A stretch of DNA of 64,000 nt from Acinetobacter phage ZZ1. Under the pieces are notes generated by a model. The model had not been told where the DNA came from and searched no databases. It saw only the letters and a list, made by a program, of their open reading frames with translations. Positions 61,770-64,000 of the stretch are shown in pieces. Where the stretch lies: sequence record NC_018087.3; one strand, written 5' to 3'. How positions within the stretch are numbered: position 1 is the stretch's first letter; each line of letters begins with the position of its first letter. The translations under genes and the position numbers were made by a program.

Positions 61770-63857
61770 ATGTTTGATCTTTTAACAGAAACTCAATTAA
61801 ATGAAATTTTTGATGCGGATACACCAGGTGTCGTGTATCCTGTTGAAAATCTAACACCTAATGCAAAAGTACCACAAATGTTACATATGAAAGTACCGGG
61901 CACTAATGATTTAATTATTAGATTGACTCATTTGGATACAATAGGTACTCGTGTAAAAGCTGTGCAGCCAAATGATAAAACAGTTCAAGTCTTTTTAATG
62001 TCATTATCAGATAAGGGCAATATTACTGATTTTAGAGGTGGTTTAGGTACTGATCCAGTTGGTGCAATTAATACAATGTTTGCAACTGTAATGGATATTT
62101 CTAAAAAATATCACTTCGAATCGGTTTTATTCAGATTCACTAGAACAAAAATGAAAGGTAAATCTGAACAGGCTAAACGTGTTTTATCTCGTTTAATTAA
62201 GCAAAGATCAGGAGGACGATATACTACTTTAGAAGAAGTAACTCGATCGGAATCCAAAAAGTTTGATTTCGCTTTGGCTATAAAGAAAAATTCTGATTTA
62301 TTAGATGATATTGCTTCTTCTGCTAAGGGATATCAAAAAGTTGAAACTAAAGCCGGTATTACATATATTAATGACAACACTGGTAATCAAGTAACTAAAG
62401 CTGAAGTTGTCGCTGATGTATTAACATCCCAATCTGCTAAAATTACAGATCAACAAATTGCAGCAAAATCTAAAATTTCCAGACGAGCAGCATTTGATGC
62501 AATGTATAATGTCGGAACAGAATTTTCAGCTAAACGTAATGAAACTAATGAAGCGACATTCCAAGAGTTAAAAAATACTGTTCCTATTACGCCTGCAACT
62601 CGTCCGGAATCAATAGTTTTTAGACATATTGCAAATAAAATTAAATATAAAAGTTATGCAGATTCTTTGCGTAATTGGAACCCAAAAGAAGTTAAGTACG
62701 GTCCTGGTAATTTAAATGCAGAAACATTCTTAAGCATGATGGCCGATGTTTTTAAAACCACACCTGCGAACATTTTTAAATTGTTTCAAGAACATGTCGA
62801 TGCATTTGCTGATATTGTTGAGCAGACGGACCCACGAGATACAAATGCAACTGTCGTTAAAATTGCAAATTATTTTTCATCTGGTAGATTTGCAGAATTA
62901 GATTTTGATGATAGACAAACATTAATCAAAGGCGCTGTATACACTTTTATTCATTACATTTCAAATGATATAAGAGAAGCTTATAGTGATTATACAATAG
63001 GTGAAATTTCAGCAGAAACCAAATATACTGATGAAGATATTAAAGCTATTCAGTCATATACTGGCAATCGATATGTAGAAATGAACGACTTTTTGACTGG
63101 CAGTCGTCCAAATATTAGTCCTGCGACATTGGCTGAAATTAAAACATTAGATAATATTTTTGTGAATAAAGGTGATACTTTACCAAAAGGCACTAAAGTT
63201 TACCGCGGGATGTCAATGAAGGTTCCGCAACTTAAAACGGTTGTAGAATCAAAAATTATGTATTTTGCTAATATTGTATCCACATCATTACTGCCTGTAA
63301 TTTATAACGGGGCCTTTGCTGCAGTACATCCTACAATTGATAATGCGTCTACTGACATTACAAATTTAGATACAATTGAAGATGTATTGGGTTCAAAATT
63401 GTATACTCCAGACGATGCATATGATTATAAACGTCATGGCGAAATTGGTAAAACTATTTCATTAGGTATGGTTATTTCAGGTGTTGATAAAATTAACTGT
63501 ATTGTTCCCGGGAATGTTTCATCATATTCTCACGAGTGCGAAGTTATGTTACCTCGCGGTACAGCAATGCGAATTATAAAGTTTATGGCGCCACCTGAAG
63601 ATTCTGATGGTTGGGCTGCAACCGGTCTTATGTACTTAGATATAATTGAGCCTGATCAACTTACAGAATCAATGGAATTTATTGATGGAGATAAATTCTT
63701 AGCCGAAGGCGTTTTAGAACCTATCTCATTTAGTAATATGTTTAATACTAGACATAAAATATTAACCGAGTCATTAACACCAGATAATGAAATGTCTAAA
63801 GATTTATTATTAAGCTGTATTAATATGAATCAAGTTCCAGATAGATTTATGCGTTAA
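61770..63857 (+). CDS. alt: Alt-like ADP-ribosyltransferase
   Basis: 695 aa versus 682 aa in T4. R-S-E triad candidates YRG, VSTSL and HECEV near the C-terminus. Confidence 0.65.
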   Translation: MFDLLTETQLNEIFDADTPGVVYPVENLTPNAKVPQMLHMKVPGTNDLIIRLTHLDTIGTRVKAVQPNDKTVQVFLMSLSDKGNITDFRGGLGTDPVGAINTMFATVMDISKKYHFESVLFRFTRTKMKGKSEQAKRVLSRLIKQRSGGRYTTLEEVTRSESKKFDFALAIKKNSDLLDDIASSAKGYQKVETKAGITYINDNTGNQVTKAEVVADVLTSQSAKITDQQIAAKSKISRRAAFDAMYNVGTEFSAKRNETNEATFQELKNTVPITPATRPESIVFRHIANKIKYKSYADSLRNWNPKEVKYGPGNLNAETFLSMMADVFKTTPANIFKLFQEHVDAFADIVEQTDPRDTNATVVKIANYFSSGRFAELDFDDRQTLIKGAVYTFIHYISNDIREAYSDYTIGEISAETKYTDEDIKAIQSYTGNRYVEMNDFLTGSRPNISPATLAEIKTLDNIFVNKGDTLPKGTKVYRGMSMKVPQLKTVVESKIMYFANIVSTSLLPVIYNGAFAAVHPTIDNASTDITNLDTIEDVLGSKLYTPDDAYDYKRHGEIGKTISLGMVISGVDKINCIVPGNVSSYSHECEVMLPRGTAMRIIKFMAPPEDSDGWAATGLMYLDIIEPDQLTESMEFIDGDKFLAEGVLEPISFSNMFNTRHKILTESLTPDNEMSKDLLLSCINMNQVPDRFMR

Positions 63858-63888
63858 AAGAAAGGGCCCTTCATGGGCCCTTTCTTTA
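63858..63888 (+). terminator. intrinsic terminator after alt
   Basis: agggccc-ttcat-gggccct hairpin followed by TTCTTT. Confidence 0.55.
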
Positions 63889-63892
63889 TAAA
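63885..63892 (+). promoter_or_regulatory. late promoter TATAAATA for the second alt-like gene
   Basis: exact TATAAATA 25 bp upstream of the 63917 ATG. Confidence 0.5.
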
Positions 63893-63916
63893 TAGAATAT
63901 AGCTAGGAGAAATAAC

Positions 63917-64000
63917 ATGTTATTAGAAAATATGACAATTGATCAATTAAACGAAGTTTTTGACGCCGATAATTTGGGTACAATTTATCCCGTTCAAGAT
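63917..64000 (+). CDS. second Alt-like ADP-ribosyltransferase paralog (5' end only)
   Basis: MLLENMTIDQLNEVFDADNLGTIYPVQD parallels the Alt N-terminus MFDLLTETQLNEIFDADTPGVVYPVENL. Confidence 0.55.
   Translation, partial: MLLENMTIDQLNEVFDADNLGTIYPVQD

Overview
This 64-kb window reads as the late-gene block of a T4-like (Tevenvirinae) myovirus. It is AT-rich and co-linear with T4 from gene 57B to alt. The order is 57B-57A-1-3-2-4-53-5-5.4-6-7-8-9-10-11-12-wac-13-14-15-16-17-18-19-20-67-68-21-22-23-24-hoc-uvsW, followed by 25-26 on the minus strand and 51-27-28-29-48-54-alt on the plus strand. It includes TATAAATA late promoters and many intrinsic terminators. Upstream at 8.4-12.6 kb is a minus-strand tRNA cluster with about 10 tRNAs and two aberrant tRNA-like elements. 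Left of that, 0-8.4 kb is an accessory region of small secreted and membrane proteins, a signal-peptide SLT-like transglycosylase, a GIY-YIG endonuclease, a DksA/TraR zinc-finger protein and a Pol-beta-type nucleotidyltransferase. The most unusual observations are as follows. A standalone 76-aa class-I release-factor domain-3 homolog has its catalytic GGQ replaced by HSN, and it abuts the tRNA cluster. One tRNA in that cluster folds with anticodon CUA, a candidate amber suppressor. gp27 carries a C-terminal CHAP peptidase extension. Two essential genes, gp51 and gp15, have apparent frameshifts at homopolymers, and gp15 also appears to have an ATT start. Several small Cys-rich genes sit where uvsY is expected. 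The alt ADP-ribosyltransferase gene is tandemly duplicated, and homing endonuclease and ORF insertions lie between conserved structural genes.
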